NCBI GenBank assembly: GCA_963665295.1
Contig: OY762209.1
Coordinates: 1,120,001-1,184,000 of the forward strand
Length of the DNA stretch: 64,000 bases
Direction: 5' to 3'
Origin: Syntrophorhabdaceae bacterium
GTDB taxonomy: Bacteria; Desulfobacterota; Syntrophorhabdia; Syntrophorhabdales; Syntrophorhabdaceae
Every line of letters begins with the position of its first letter. Within the stretch, counting starts at the first letter, position 1. The position numbers were made by a program, and so were the translations under genes. Below are positions 9,545-19,664 of the stretch, piece by piece. Below the pieces are notes generated by a model. It had not been told where the DNA came from and made no database searches. It worked only from the letters and a program-made list of their open reading frames with translations.

Positions 9545-10602
9545 ACGATCTCAGGGAGAAGATATATGCGGGTCTCAGGATAAGCCCCGAAGAGGGGTTG
9601 GAGCTTTTTTCATGGGACCTCATCGAGCTCGGCATGGCCGCGGATTTCCGGAGACAACTCGCGGTTCCGGGCGACCGGGTGGGTTTCATCCTCGACCGGA
9701 TCATCAATTTTACCAACCTCTGCGAAGCCTCGTGCGCCTTTTGCGCCTTCCACGCTCACGCGGGACGGGTCGAGCCCTACGAGCTGACCACAGATGAAGT
9801 GCTTGCCAAGGTGGGCGAGCTTGTCGCCGCAGGAGGGACCCAGGTGATGCTCCAGGGCGGTCTCCATCCCCGCTACGATCTCGCCACCTGCGTTCACCTG
9901 GTAGAGGCGGTCAAGGGCCGCTACCCGGGCGTATACCTTCACTCCTTTTCTCCCGCGGAACTGGTCCATATTGCCCGGAAATCGGGACTTACCCTCGACG
10001 AGGTGGTAGGTCGCCTCAAGGCGGCGGGCCTCGACTCCGTGCCGGGGGCGTCGGACCTGCTCGTTGACCGGATACGGAGCCTGGTAAGCCCGAAGAAACT
10101 GGCCGTTGACGAGTGGCGACAGGTGATGGACACCCTTTCAAGGCATATGCTGAAATCAAGCGCAACCATGACCTACGGCATGGGGGAAACCCTTTCGGAA
10201 AGAATCGCCCACCTTGAGGTGGTGCGCTCCGTCCAGGACCGGACCGGAATAATCCGGGCCTTCATCCCCTGGTCTTTCTCCCCCGCCTACACGGACATGG
10301 CGGACACGGAGCCCGCGACGGGCATCGATTACCTCAAAGTGACCGCCGTTTCCCGCATCTTTCTCGACAATGTGAGATATATTCAGACGGGATGGCTCAC
10401 CGAGGGCAAGAAGCTGGCCCAGATCGCCCTTGCCTTGGGCGCCAACGATATGGGCGGGGTCCTCATGGAAGAGACCGTGGTAAAGGCGGCGGGCGTGACG
10501 AACGAGGCGACCATGGCGGAATTCATCGACCTCATAAAAGACGCGGGCAGGGTCCCTGTGCAGAGAGACTCGGACTACCGGGAAATAAAGGTCTTTTCAT
10601 GA
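9541..10602 (+). CDS. mqnC: Cyclic dehypoxanthinyl futalosine synthase (radical SAM)
   Basis: DRIINFTNLCEASCAFCAF, TQVMLQGGLHP, AFIPWSF, GANDMGG.LMEE.VV; ATGA overlap with mqnA. Confidence 0.9.
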   Translation: MNDLREKIYAGLRISPEEGLELFSWDLIELGMAADFRRQLAVPGDRVGFILDRIINFTNLCEASCAFCAFHAHAGRVEPYELTTDEVLAKVGELVAAGGTQVMLQGGLHPRYDLATCVHLVEAVKGRYPGVYLHSFSPAELVHIARKSGLTLDEVVGRLKAAGLDSVPGASDLLVDRIRSLVSPKKLAVDEWRQVMDTLSRHMLKSSATMTYGMGETLSERIAHLEVVRSVQDRTGIIRAFIPWSFSPAYTDMADTEPATGIDYLKVTAVSRIFLDNVRYIQTGWLTEGKKLAQIALALGANDMGGVLMEETVVKAAGVTNEATMAEFIDLIKDAGRVPVQRDSDYREIKVFS

Positions 10603-11408
10603 GCGACAAGCCCTTCGGCGACCTCGACATCGCCTTTTCCCCCTGTCCGAATGATACCTTTATCTTCCATGCCCTGATAACCGGCGCCATCGATGCCGCC
10701 CCGATTCGTCCGACCCCTGTTATCGAGGACGTGGAGGAGCTGAACAGCCGGGCCTTCGCGCGCACCCACGAGGTGACGAAACTCTCTTTCTATACCGCCA
10801 TGAGAGTGAAGGAAGACTATGAGATCCTCGACGCGGGCGCTGCTCTCGGTTACGGGTGCGGTCCCCTTGTCGTCGCGAATACGCGCATGAAATCCTTGAA
10901 AGACGCCCGGATCGCCGTTCCGGGCCGCTTCACCACCGCCTACCTGTTGCTCCGACTCTGGCAGGAGGGGTGCGAAAACGTGGTCTTTACGAGATTCGAC
11001 GACATTCTCCCCGGTGTGGCGGAAGGAAGGTACGACGCGGGCCTTATCATCCACGAGGGAAGGTTTGTCTATCCCGCATACAACTGTGTGGAGATCATCG
11101 ACCTCGGAAAATGGTGGGAATCGGAGACGGGCCTTCCCATACCTCTCGGATGCATAGCCCTCCGCCGGGACCTGATGGAGCATAAAAGCGCCATGGAGGC
11201 CCTACTCAGGAAATCCATCGAATACGCCCGCGAAAACCCCGACGCCTCGAAAGGGTTCATTGCGAGCCATGCCCAGGAGATGGACGATCAGGTGATAAGG
11301 GACCACATTGCCCTCTATGTGAACGACTTCACCCTTTCCCTGGGTTTGACGGGTGCGAGGGCGATCGAGGCCCTCGAAGAGCGGGCCCTCCGCCGGGGGG
11401 TCCTGTGA
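10599..11408 (+). CDS. mqnD: 1,4-dihydroxy-6-naphthoate synthase
   Basis: AFSPCPNDTFIF, DVEELN, GAALGYGCGP, IIHEGRF, LPIPLG, HIALYVN; start at the ATG overlapping the mqnC stop. Confidence 0.95.
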   Translation: MSDKPFGDLDIAFSPCPNDTFIFHALITGAIDAAPIRPTPVIEDVEELNSRAFARTHEVTKLSFYTAMRVKEDYEILDAGAALGYGCGPLVVANTRMKSLKDARIAVPGRFTTAYLLLRLWQEGCENVVFTRFDDILPGVAEGRYDAGLIIHEGRFVYPAYNCVEIIDLGKWWESETGLPIPLGCIALRRDLMEHKSAMEALLRKSIEYARENPDASKGFIASHAQEMDDQVIRDHIALYVNDFTLSLGLTGARAIEALEERALRRGVL

Positions 11409-12019
11409 TAGGCCTCGTTATGGCAACCGAACTCGAGGCGGCCCCCTTCATAAGGGAGATACCCCTCGTCATGGGGGAGTCCGACCCCTTCAGGGTCTAT
11501 GGGAACCGCCGGTTCCGCCTGATCATCTCGGGGATCGGCAAGGCGAATGCGGCCATGGCGTCGGCCTATCTCATACGGGCTTTCCAGCCGGAGTTCGTGG
11601 TCAATCTGGGGGCTTCGGGGGCGACGGGCATTGGCCCTGAACTCGGGCAGTGTTACCACATTACGAAGGTGATCGAACCGGACCGGCCCGACCTCAGGAC
11701 GGACGTGCCCCACGAACATGTGCCGGACATCCTTGCGGGCTTCCCTGTCGCGACCCTTGCGACCCAGGACCGGCCCGTGCGCCGTGCCGCGGAGAGGCGC
11801 AAGCTCGCGGCGAGGGCTGAACTGGTGGATATGGAGGGGGCGTCGGTGGTCCAGGCGTGCGCTGCCTTCCATGTGAAGTGCTTCCTCTTCAAGTTCGTCT
11901 CGGACACCCCGAAACAAAGCGACGTCGTCAGAAATATACAGGAGCACCGGGACGCCTTCTACCGCTTCTTCGCCCGCTCCGCCCTGCCCGAACTGCTCGG
12001 GGCCGTGAGGGAAGGGTAG
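11405..12019 (+). CDS. mqnB: (Amino)futalosine nucleosidase, PNP/MTAN family
   Basis: SGIGKANAA, VVNLGASG, VDMEGASV..AC, KFVSD; last gene of the mqn operon. Confidence 0.7.
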   Translation: MIGLVMATELEAAPFIREIPLVMGESDPFRVYGNRRFRLIISGIGKANAAMASAYLIRAFQPEFVVNLGASGATGIGPELGQCYHITKVIEPDRPDLRTDVPHEHVPDILAGFPVATLATQDRPVRRAAERRKLAARAELVDMEGASVVQACAAFHVKCFLFKFVSDTPKQSDVVRNIQEHRDAFYRFFARSALPELLGAVREG

Positions 12020-12070
12020 TCTCTTCTCGCCCAGCCTTGTGTGCGTTGTCTGTCTTGTGTACTCTTGGAC

Positions 12071-12208
12071 GGATCGCCGCACGGGACGAAAACGCTATCT
12101 CCGCCGCTCTGCAAAGGTACGCGTGCTCCACCGTACACCAAGTACGGCTCCGCCCAGCGAACCTTCACAGAGCAACGAATCTAGCGTCTCCGCCCCGTGC
12201 GGCGATCC
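12071..12208. repeat. ~138-bp imperfect palindrome (REP/MITE-like)
   Basis: GGATCGCCGCACGGG (12071) is the reverse complement of CCCGTGCGGCGATCC (ends 12208); nested ACGCTA/TAGCGT, GCTCTG/CAGAGC and AAGGT/ACCTT arms; apex CCGTAC-accaa-GTACGG. Confidence 0.75.
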
Positions 12209-12240
12209 ACTCGACCCGGCAGCAATTAATCAAAAGAACT

Positions 12241-12403
12241 AATGGTGCCGGTAGATTTGCACCAGGGGAGAGGCAGGCCCGCCAATATGGCGACAGTGCG
12301 TACCGCCACCCCGGCCACGGAATGATACCGGTAGATCAGGGCCACAGGCAGAAGGGGCCCGCCAATATGGCGACAGTGCGTATTGCCACCCCGGCCACGG
12401 AAT
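12241..12403. repeat. 80-bp tandem repeat (two units plus a stub) with a ~19-nt variable segment
   Basis: GGCCCGCCAATATGGCGACAGTGCGTAyyGCCACCCCGGCCACGGAAT at 12276 and 12356; AATGrTrCCGGTAGAT at 12241 and 12321. Confidence 0.85.
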
Positions 12404-12423
12404 AGACGCCGGGGCACAACAGT

Positions 12424-13002
12424 TTAGTCCGACATGGGGCGGGGTATGAGGACGCCGGGGGGGACGCGGGTGGAATAGAAACCGGTGCCTGTGGTGATCG
12501 CCTGTTCCACATCGCTTTCGTAGGTGTCCACCTGTTCATCTATGAGGCTTTCCAATAGCCCCTGGTTTACTTTGCCTTCCTTTTGCATGGCTTCAACCTC
12601 CTCGATGGTGGTGAGGGGGTAGAGATGTTTGTAATAGTCGATGTAGGTTTTGAGGGCCTTGAGGCCCTCGGCCTGTTTCCCTTCCTTCAGGAAGACCAGG
12701 GCCTTGTAGCCCGCAACGCGGGGATAGGTGTAGCTCCTCCCTTCCATCTTTTCAGCCTCCTTGAGGTAGCCCTCCGCCGCAGGGAGGTCGTTCATCTTGT
12801 AGCTTGCAGTTGCGGCATATGCGAAAGGGGCGGCCCGTTTTTGTTCCGAGGCCTTGACGAACAATGCCCTGGCCCGGGCATACTCGCCCTGCTTCAGGAG
12901 GTTCTTGCCTTCGGAAATATCGCTTCTGTAAATGGTATAGGTGGTGGTGCAGGCGGCAAGGCCCATGGCGACGACAATGCCTGCAACGAGGATCATCTTC
13001 AT
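12424..13002 (-). CDS. TPR-like lipoprotein
   Basis: Hydrophobic signal peptide ending in lipobox LAAC; Ala/Tyr-rich helical repeats. Confidence 0.75.
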   Translation of the reverse strand: MKMILVAGIVVAMGLAACTTTYTIYRSDISEGKNLLKQGEYARARALFVKASEQKRAAPFAYAATASYKMNDLPAAEGYLKEAEKMEGRSYTYPRVAGYKALVFLKEGKQAEGLKALKTYIDYYKHLYPLTTIEEVEAMQKEGKVNQGLLESLIDEQVDTYESDVEQAITTGTGFYSTRVPPGVLIPRPMSD

Positions 13003-13207
13003 GCCCGTTCCTCCTGAGTGCCTCCGCCGGGCCCTTGAGCCCGGAGACGGTGTCGATGGGTATCTCTCTACTTCGTAATCACTTCCCGGCTGTTGTCAAG
13101 AAGGGCGGGGAGGCGGCCCCGGACCCGTTTTGCCGAAACGGTACTTATATCCGGTAGTTGCCTCTAATATGCTTGACTTTTGACACCGATACCGGTATTT
13201 AATTATA

Positions 13208-13362
13208 AGCGAGTGGCATAATTGCCTTCATAGGGAAAACGGTAAAAGCCGTTACGGAACCCGCCGCTGTAACCGGGGACGAACGCTGCGGTACCCACTG
13301 TCCGGACAGGACGGGAAGGGGCGGCAAGTAGAATGATCCGGAAGTCAGAAGACCTGCTCGCG
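13208..13362 (+). promoter_or_regulatory. Cobalamin riboswitch
   Basis: AGGGAA, CCCGCCGCTGT, CCACTG...GGGAAG and B12 box AGTCAGAAGACCTGC directly upstream of the cob/cbi operon; TTGACA at 13180. Confidence 0.95.
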
Positions 13363-13426
13363 CGATCATAGAAACTATGCCCTGCGTGGAAAACGGGGTG
13401 TGGCCCGACTGAGGATGGAAAACGGC

Positions 13427-13464
13427 ATCCCCGGAACCTGTAATGGTTTCGGGGATTTTGTTTT
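13427..13464 (+). terminator. Intrinsic terminator, expression platform of the B12 riboswitch
   Basis: ATCCCCGGAACC-tgtaat-GGTTTCGGGGAT followed by TTTGTTTT, just before the RBS. Confidence 0.75.
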
Positions 13465-13481
13465 GGTGAGAGGGATTGCCC

Positions 13482-16058
13482 ATGAACCACGGACATGGAG
13501 GAAACATCAGAAAATTGGCGTTTGAGGCGGGATGCGATGACCGCGATATCCTTGACTTCAGCGCGAGCATCAACCCTCTTGGTCCGCCCGAGTGCGTACG
13601 TCGTGTGATAAGCCGGAGCCTCGAGGATATCGTCCATTATCCCGACCCCCGCTGCACCGGACTTGCGGAGGCCCTTGCTTCACGCTTTTCCCTTGACCCG
13701 GACAGGATAGTGGCGGGAAACGGGTCGGAAGAGCTTCTTTTTGCCGTGCCCCGCGCGATCAAGGCAACCCGCGCACTCATACCGGTGCCCTGCTACATGG
13801 ATTACGAGACCGCCGCCCTCCGTTCAGGGCTCCCGGTGAAGCGCGTGGTCATGGACGCGGACGATGGTTTTGCCCTCGACCTGGAGCGTCTTTCAGAGGA
13901 TATACGCGACAGGGATGTGGTCTTTCTCGGACAGCCCAACAACCCTACGGGCCGTCTCCTGGATGGAGCCTTGCTTACGGAACTGGCGCGCCGTCACCCC
14001 TCGGCGTTCTTCATGGTGGACGAGGCCTTCGCGGATTTTGTGGGCGGCTACACGAGCCTCTGCCATAACCCTCCGGAAAATATGATCGTTTTGCGGTCCA
14101 TGACGAAGTTTTACGCCATTCCCGGTCTCAGGGTGGGTTATGCGGTAACGTCCCTTCCTCTGGCGGAGGCCCTCCGGGCCGACCTCCCTCCCTGGTCTGT
14201 GAATGCCCTTGCCCAGGCCGTGGCAAAGGCCGTCCTCCATGATGAGGGGTATGCGAAAAGGACGGTAAGCGAGACGGCCCGCTTGAGGTCAGGGCTTGAG
14301 CCCCGCCTTTCCGGTCTCCCCGGACTTCACGTTTTCCCCGCAGCCGCCAACTACCTGCTCGTCCGCATCGACCGGGCGGGCACGGACGCCCGTGATCTGG
14401 GCCGGAAGCTCCTCGAGCAGGGCATTGCCATCCGTATCTGCCATAACATGGCGGGCCTCGACACGCGTTATTTCCGCGTGGCGGTGCGCTTGGAAGAAGA
14501 GAATGAAAGACTCCTCGCGGCCCTGTCGGAGGCCCTTGGGGTCCCGGAGAAGGGGTCCGCGAAAAGGCGCGGCAAGAAACCGGCCCTCATGTTTCAGGGA
14601 ACCTCCTCCAATGCGGGGAAGAGCGTGCTTACCGCCGCCCTGTGCCGCATACTCAGGCAGGACGGGGTTCGGGTGGCGCCGTTCAAGGCCCAGAACATGT
14701 CGTTGAACTCCCATGTAACCCCTGACGGGGGCGAGATCGGAAGGGCTCAGGCCCTTCAGGCCCAGGCATGTCGCATCGATTCCGATGTGCGCATGAACCC
14801 GGTCCTCCTCAAGCCCAATTCGGAGACAGGCTCCCAGGTGATTGTGAGGGGCAGACCCGTAGGCAACATGAGCGTGGGCGAATATATCAGGTTCAAGACG
14901 GAACTGGTAAAAGAGGCGTGGGCCTGCTATGATTCCCTGTCCGCCGAATATGATTGCCTCATTATCGAGGGCGCAGGCAGCCCCGGAGAGGTGAACCTCA
15001 AGTCCCACGACATGGTCAATATGTCTATGGCCCGGTATGCGGAAGCACCCGTGCTCCTTGTGGGCGACATTGACCGGGGAGGGGTTTTTGCCTCCTTTGT
15101 GGGGACCATGGAGGTGCTGGAAGAGTGGGAGAGGGCCCTCATCACCGGTTTTGTGGTGAACCGGTTCCGGGGAGACGCACGGCTTCTCACGCCCGCCCTC
15201 GACTACACCCTGGCCCACACAGGCAAGCCCGTAATCGGGGTGATCCCCTTTTTCGAGGACCTCGGGCTTCAGGAAGAAGACTCCGTATCGTTCAAGGAAG
15301 GGGCCATGCTGAGGCGGGGCCCGGCCGGCGGAAACCGGAAGCTCCTCGACGTGGCCGTGTGCGACCTCCCCCATATCTCCAACTTTACCGACTTTGACGC
15401 CCTCAGGGTGGAGAAGGATATCGCAATAAGGCTCGTCCGCCGGGCGGATGACCTGGGGGCTCCCGACCTTCTCATACTCCCGGGGAGCAAGAACGTTGCA
15501 GGGGATATGGAATTTCTCCGTAAAAGCGGCATGACCGGGAAGATCGCGGACCTTACGGCAAAGACAACCATTATCGGCATCTGCGGGGGGTTTCAGATGC
15601 TGGGCAAAGAGATACTCGACCCCCACGGTCTCGAATCTTCGCGTATGAGCACCCCGGGCCTCGCCCTTCTCGACATGAAAACAGAACTGGCGGAAGAGAA
15701 GACGTTGCGGAGAACCGAAGGGATTCACACGGCTTCGGGTCACAGGATTTTCGGCTATGAGATCCACCACGGCCAAAGCACAGGGCAGGGGCAATCGGTC
15801 CTTGCCCGGGGAAACGACGGCTTTCCCCTCGCCTTCGGGGCCCCCGGAGAGAGGACCTGGGGCACCTACCTCCACGGCATTTTCGACGCTGATGAATTCA
15901 GGCGGTGGCTCATCGACGGGCTCCGGGAAAGGCGCGGCCTGAAGCCGTTGGGACGGGTATGCGCGGTCTACGATGTGGAGGCGGCCCTCGACAGGCTCGC
16001 CGCCAGGGTCAGGACGGCCCTCGACATGGACTACATATACAGGATCATGGGATTATGA
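13482..16058 (+). CDS. cobQ: Threonine-phosphate decarboxylase CobD fused to cobyric acid synthase CobQ/CbiP
   Basis: N-terminal [40 protein letters not shown]-terminal [49 protein letters not shown]. Confidence 0.95.
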   Translation: MNHGHGGNIRKLAFEAGCDDRDILDFSASINPLGPPECVRRVISRSLEDIVHYPDPRCTGLAEALASRFSLDPDRIVAGNGSEELLFAVPRAIKATRALIPVPCYMDYETAALRSGLPVKRVVMDADDGFALDLERLSEDIRDRDVVFLGQPNNPTGRLLDGALLTELARRHPSAFFMVDEAFADFVGGYTSLCHNPPENMIVLRSMTKFYAIPGLRVGYAVTSLPLAEALRADLPPWSVNALAQAVAKAVLHDEGYAKRTVSETARLRSGLEPRLSGLPGLHVFPAAANYLLVRIDRAGTDARDLGRKLLEQGIAIRICHNMAGLDTRYFRVAVRLEEENERLLAALSEALGVPEKGSAKRRGKKPALMFQGTSSNAGKSVLTAALCRILRQDGVRVAPFKAQNMSLNSHVTPDGGEIGRAQALQAQACRIDSDVRMNPVLLKPNSETGSQVIVRGRPVGNMSVGEYIRFKTELVKEAWACYDSLSAEYDCLIIEGAGSPGEVNLKSHDMVNMSMARYAEAPVLLVGDIDRGGVFASFVGTMEVLEEWERALITGFVVNRFRGDARLLTPALDYTLAHTGKPVIGVIPFFEDLGLQEEDSVSFKEGAMLRRGPAGGNRKLLDVAVCDLPHISNFTDFDALRVEKDIAIRLVRRADDLGAPDLLILPGSKNVAGDMEFLRKSGMTGKIADLTAKTTIIGICGGFQMLGKEILDPHGLESSRMSTPGLALLDMKTELAEEKTLRRTEGIHTASGHRIFGYEIHHGQSTGQGQSVLARGNDGFPLAFGAPGERTWGTYLHGIFDADEFRRWLIDGLRERRGLKPLGRVCAVYDVEAALDRLAARVRTALDMDYIYRIMGL

Positions 16059-17026
16059 TGGAGACGGCGGTCTATGTCATATGCGCCCTCGCAGCGGACG
16101 CGCTGATCGGCGATCCGCGATGGCTGCCCCATCCTGTCCGGCTCATCGGCAGGACCGCCCTTGCCCTCGAACCCCTGTGGAGGCGGATTATTCCCGCGCC
16201 GAAGGCGGCGGGTATCGCCACGGCCGCCACCATCGTCATGGGAACGGGGGTCGTGGGCTTTCTCTTCCTTCGCGGGGCGTTCATGGTCCACCCGTGGCTC
16301 GGCCACGGGCTTTCCGTCTACCTCATCTATGCATCCATCGCGGCGAGAGACCTGTCGCGCCACAGTGACCGTGTGCGGCGGCTTCTCGTCAAAGGCGACC
16401 TGCCGGGCGCGCGCCGGGCCGTGGCCATGATAGTGGGCAGGGATACGGAGCGCCTCGACGAGGCGGGCGTGGTCCGGGCAACAGTGGAATCAGTGGCGGA
16501 AAATATTGTGGATGGGGTGACTGCGCCCCTCTTTTATGCCGTGGTCGCCGGTCCTCTGGGCGCGATCGTTTACCGGGCGGTGAACACCCTCGATTCCACC
16601 TTCGGCTACAAGAACGCGCAGTACCTGCAGTTCGGCTGGGCCTCGGCGAGGCTCGACGACCTTGCAAACGGGCTTCCTGCCCGGGTCACGGCGCCCTTTG
16701 TGGCCCTTGCCGCATGTATCCTGGGCCTCGACGGAAGACGGTCCTGGGCCATCATGGTGCGGGACAGACGAAGACATGCCAGCCCCAATTCGGGCTATAC
16801 GGAAGCGGCGGTGGCGGGCGCCCTCGGGGTGCAGCTTGGAGGACGGAGTTATTATTTCGGCAAAGCCTCCGACAAGCCCCTGATCGGCGTTGCCCTTGCC
16901 GCCCTTATCCCCCGGCGTATCATAGAGACGAACCGCGTCATGTGGGTCACGGTGCTTTCCTATACGTGTTTCGGTCTCGCAGCATACCAACTGGTCCGGT
17001 ACATCTTTTACGGTGCAAGGGGATGA
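16055..17026 (+). CDS. cbiB: Adenosylcobinamide-phosphate synthase
   Basis: D..IGDP.W.PHPV..IG, IVGRDT, ESVAEN..DG..APLFY, NTLDS..GYKN, SPNSG..EA. Confidence 0.95.
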   Translation: MMETAVYVICALAADALIGDPRWLPHPVRLIGRTALALEPLWRRIIPAPKAAGIATAATIVMGTGVVGFLFLRGAFMVHPWLGHGLSVYLIYASIAARDLSRHSDRVRRLLVKGDLPGARRAVAMIVGRDTERLDEAGVVRATVESVAENIVDGVTAPLFYAVVAGPLGAIVYRAVNTLDSTFGYKNAQYLQFGWASARLDDLANGLPARVTAPFVALAACILGLDGRRSWAIMVRDRRRHASPNSGYTEAAVAGALGVQLGGRSYYFGKASDKPLIGVALAALIPRRIIETNRVMWVTVLSYTCFGLAAYQLVRYIFYGARG

Positions 17027-17086
17027 CGGCATGAGGGAGAAATATCCGGGGATCATTGCAGGAGCACCTGCCGGGGAGGGCGCAAA

Positions 17087-18472
17087 ATGGTAAACATCAC
17101 CTGCCCGCGCATCGTTATTGCAGGCACCAAGAGCGGCGTGGGGAAGACAAGCCTCTCCCTCGGGATCGCACGGGCCTTTGCGAGACGGGGCGTAAAGGTG
17201 CAGACCTTCAAGGTGGGACCCGACTTTCTTGACCCCACGCACCTGACCCGCGCCTCGGGAAGACCCTGTTACAACCTCGATACGTGGATGATGGGGCGGG
17301 AATATGCCCTCGGCCTCTTTGCCCGCGCTACGGCCGACGCCGATCTCGCAATTGTGGAAGGGGTAATGGGCCTTTTTGACGGATATGACCCGGAGAGTTC
17401 AAGGGGAAGCACGGCGGAAATGGCGGACTTTCTCCGCGCCCCTCTTCTCCTTGTGGTGAACGCCCACGGGATGGCAAGGAGCGTCGCGGCCCTGGTAAAG
17501 GGGTACGCCGAATTTGAAAAAGGGGCGGACCTTGCAGGCGTCATTATCAACCAGTGCGGCTCGGAGAAACACGGGGCCCAACTCGCCGCGTCTCTCCGGG
17601 GGGCTTTATTGCCGCCCGTTGTGGGCGCCTTGCCTCGCGGCGGCCTGCCCTCCCTACCGAGCCGGCACCTCGGCCTTGTCGCTGCCGACGACACCCTGCC
17701 CGGCGACGGCAGGCTCGATGCCCTTGCCGACGCGGTGGAAAAACACCTTTCCCTGGAGCAGATGCTCCGGATAAGCCGGTCTGCCCCATCCCTTGCAGTG
17801 CCCGATCCCATAACGTCCGGCCCGAAGGACCCGGTTCGCCTGGGCATTGCGAAGGACGAGGCCTTTCATTTCTACTATCAGGACCTCTTCGACGCCCTTG
17901 CGGAGCAGGGCTGCGAGACCGTCTTCTTCTCCCCTCTTCACGAGGGAAGGCTGCCGGACCGCTTGGACGGTCTTTACATCGGCGGCGGATACCCCGAGGA
18001 GTACGGGGCCGCTCTTTCGGAAAACCAGGCCATGAAGGACGCAATTCGCACCTTTGCTCGTGATAGGCGTCCTGTGTATGGAGAGTGCGGCGGCCTCATG
18101 TATCTTAGTGAAGGTGTCATAACGGAAGGCAGGTCGTACCCCTTGACCGGGCTTCTCCCGGTGTGGACGCGCATGCTCGGCCGGAGGAAGACCCTTGGCT
18201 ACCAGGAGGTCGCGCTCTCGGGAGACACGCTCCTCGGCGTTGCGGGGACGCAGCTCAGGGGCCATGAGTTCCACTACTCCGACATGGAAAGTGACCCTGC
18301 GGGCCGGGATGGCTGGGAGACCGTGTACCGCGTGAAGAGGCCTCTTGGTGATGAAAGGCCCCCTGAGGGATATTGCCGCGACGAGATCCTCGCAAGCTAT
18401 ATCCACCTTCACCTTGCTTCCAGGCCCGGGTCGATTACCCATTTCCTTAATAGATGCAGGAGGCGAAGATGA
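17087..18472 (+). CDS. cbiA: Cobyrinate a,c-diamide synthase
   Basis: SGVGKT, FKVGPDFLDP, EGVMGLFDG, SRHLGL, GGGYPE, GECGGLMYL, GHEFHYS. Confidence 0.95.
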   Translation: MVNITCPRIVIAGTKSGVGKTSLSLGIARAFARRGVKVQTFKVGPDFLDPTHLTRASGRPCYNLDTWMMGREYALGLFARATADADLAIVEGVMGLFDGYDPESSRGSTAEMADFLRAPLLLVVNAHGMARSVAALVKGYAEFEKGADLAGVIINQCGSEKHGAQLAASLRGALLPPVVGALPRGGLPSLPSRHLGLVAADDTLPGDGRLDALADAVEKHLSLEQMLRISRSAPSLAVPDPITSGPKDPVRLGIAKDEAFHFYYQDLFDALAEQGCETVFFSPLHEGRLPDRLDGLYIGGGYPEEYGAALSENQAMKDAIRTFARDRRPVYGECGGLMYLSEGVITEGRSYPLTGLLPVWTRMLGRRKTLGYQEVALSGDTLLGVAGTQLRGHEFHYSDMESDPAGRDGWETVYRVKRPLGDERPPEGYCRDEILASYIHLHLASRPGSITHFLNRCRRRR

Positions 18473-19164
18473 AAACGGGCGATAAGGCGGCTGAGACCGC
18501 CTTCGTGAGAAAGCTTTACGAGCATCCCCTGAGCGGCAGGGAGATTGAAGTGAAATCACTGGAGACCATCGACAGGGAGGCGGGCGACCACGGTTTCGGG
18601 GAAAAGGAATGGCAGGTCGTGCGCCGCATGATCCATACGAGCGCGGACTTTTCCCTGATGAAGGACGTTCATTTCCTGAACGGAGCCCTGGACGCAGGCC
18701 CCGCCGCCCTTTCCGCGGGCAGAACCATCTATGTGGATTCGAACATGATGAGGGCAGGTATCTCCCTGGCAAGGCTCCGTGAGGTCCGGGAGCAGTACGG
18801 GCCGGCGGACGTTGTCTGTCACGTGGCTGATCCCGATGTGGCGGCGGCAGCCGACGAGGCCCGTCTCCCGAGGGCGGTTTTTGCGGTCCGCAAGGCAATC
18901 CCCGTGCTCGACGGCGCAATCGTCTGTTTCGGCAACTCGCCTGTAGGGCTTCTGGAGGTCAACCGTCTCATCATGGAAGAGGGTATCCGGCCGGCCCTGG
19001 TCATCGCCATGCCTGTGGGGTTCGTTCACGTGGAAGAAAGCAAGGAAGAGCTTATGGGCCTCCACATGCCCGCCATCGTGCTCGGAGGCAGGCGGGGAGG
19101 GAGCGCCCTCGCGGTGAGCGTGATCCACGCGCTGTGCAATATCGTTAAGGAGAGTGCCTTATGA
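18469..19164 (+). CDS. cbiC: Cobalt-precorrin-8 methylmutase
   Basis: IE..S...I, RMIH.SAD, GNSP..L, PVGFV...ESK, GRRGGS; AGGAGG RBS before ATG 18469. Confidence 0.93.
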   Translation: MKTGDKAAETAFVRKLYEHPLSGREIEVKSLETIDREAGDHGFGEKEWQVVRRMIHTSADFSLMKDVHFLNGALDAGPAALSAGRTIYVDSNMMRAGISLARLREVREQYGPADVVCHVADPDVAAAADEARLPRAVFAVRKAIPVLDGAIVCFGNSPVGLLEVNRLIMEEGIRPALVIAMPVGFVHVEESKEELMGLHMPAIVLGGRRGGSALAVSVIHALCNIVKESAL

Positions 19165-19664
19165 CCCGATCGACAAGAGCGATAATCATCCTCGGTCACG
19201 GAAGCCGCGTGCCGGGGGCAAACGCATCAATGCTTCAGGTGACGTCCCTGTTGAAGGAGAAATACGGATATCCCATTGTGGAGGTATGCAACATGTCCCG
19301 TCTCGGCCCCTATCTGGGGGACGCCCTTGAAACCTGCATCGAAGCAGGGGCCACGGATATCATGGTAATCCCCTATTTTCTCCACGAGGGGCTCCACATG
19401 CGTCTCGATATCCCCAGGATGATGCAGGAATATGCCCTTCAATATCCCCATATCCGTTTTGTTTTCGGCAAGAACCTCGGATTCGACGAGTCTCTTGTGG
19501 ACCTTGTGCAGAGGAGGATCGTCGAATCGGAGCATCTGGGTGATGTCAGGGACCTCATGCTCCCCGGGGAAGACCAGTACCCCATCCCGCCGGGACAGCA
19601 CGAATTCGTGGGCATGACGCCTGACGATGCCCGGCAGTGGAGACAACGGAATGGCGAAGAATAG
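19161..19664 (+). CDS. cbiX: Short CbiX/SirB-type cobaltochelatase
   Basis: LGHGSR and PYFLHEGLHM..DIP; single-domain length. Confidence 0.85.
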   Translation: MTRSTRAIIILGHGSRVPGANASMLQVTSLLKEKYGYPIVEVCNMSRLGPYLGDALETCIEAGATDIMVIPYFLHEGLHMRLDIPRMMQEYALQYPHIRFVFGKNLGFDESLVDLVQRRIVESEHLGDVRDLMLPGEDQYPIPPGQHEFVGMTPDDARQWRQRNGEE

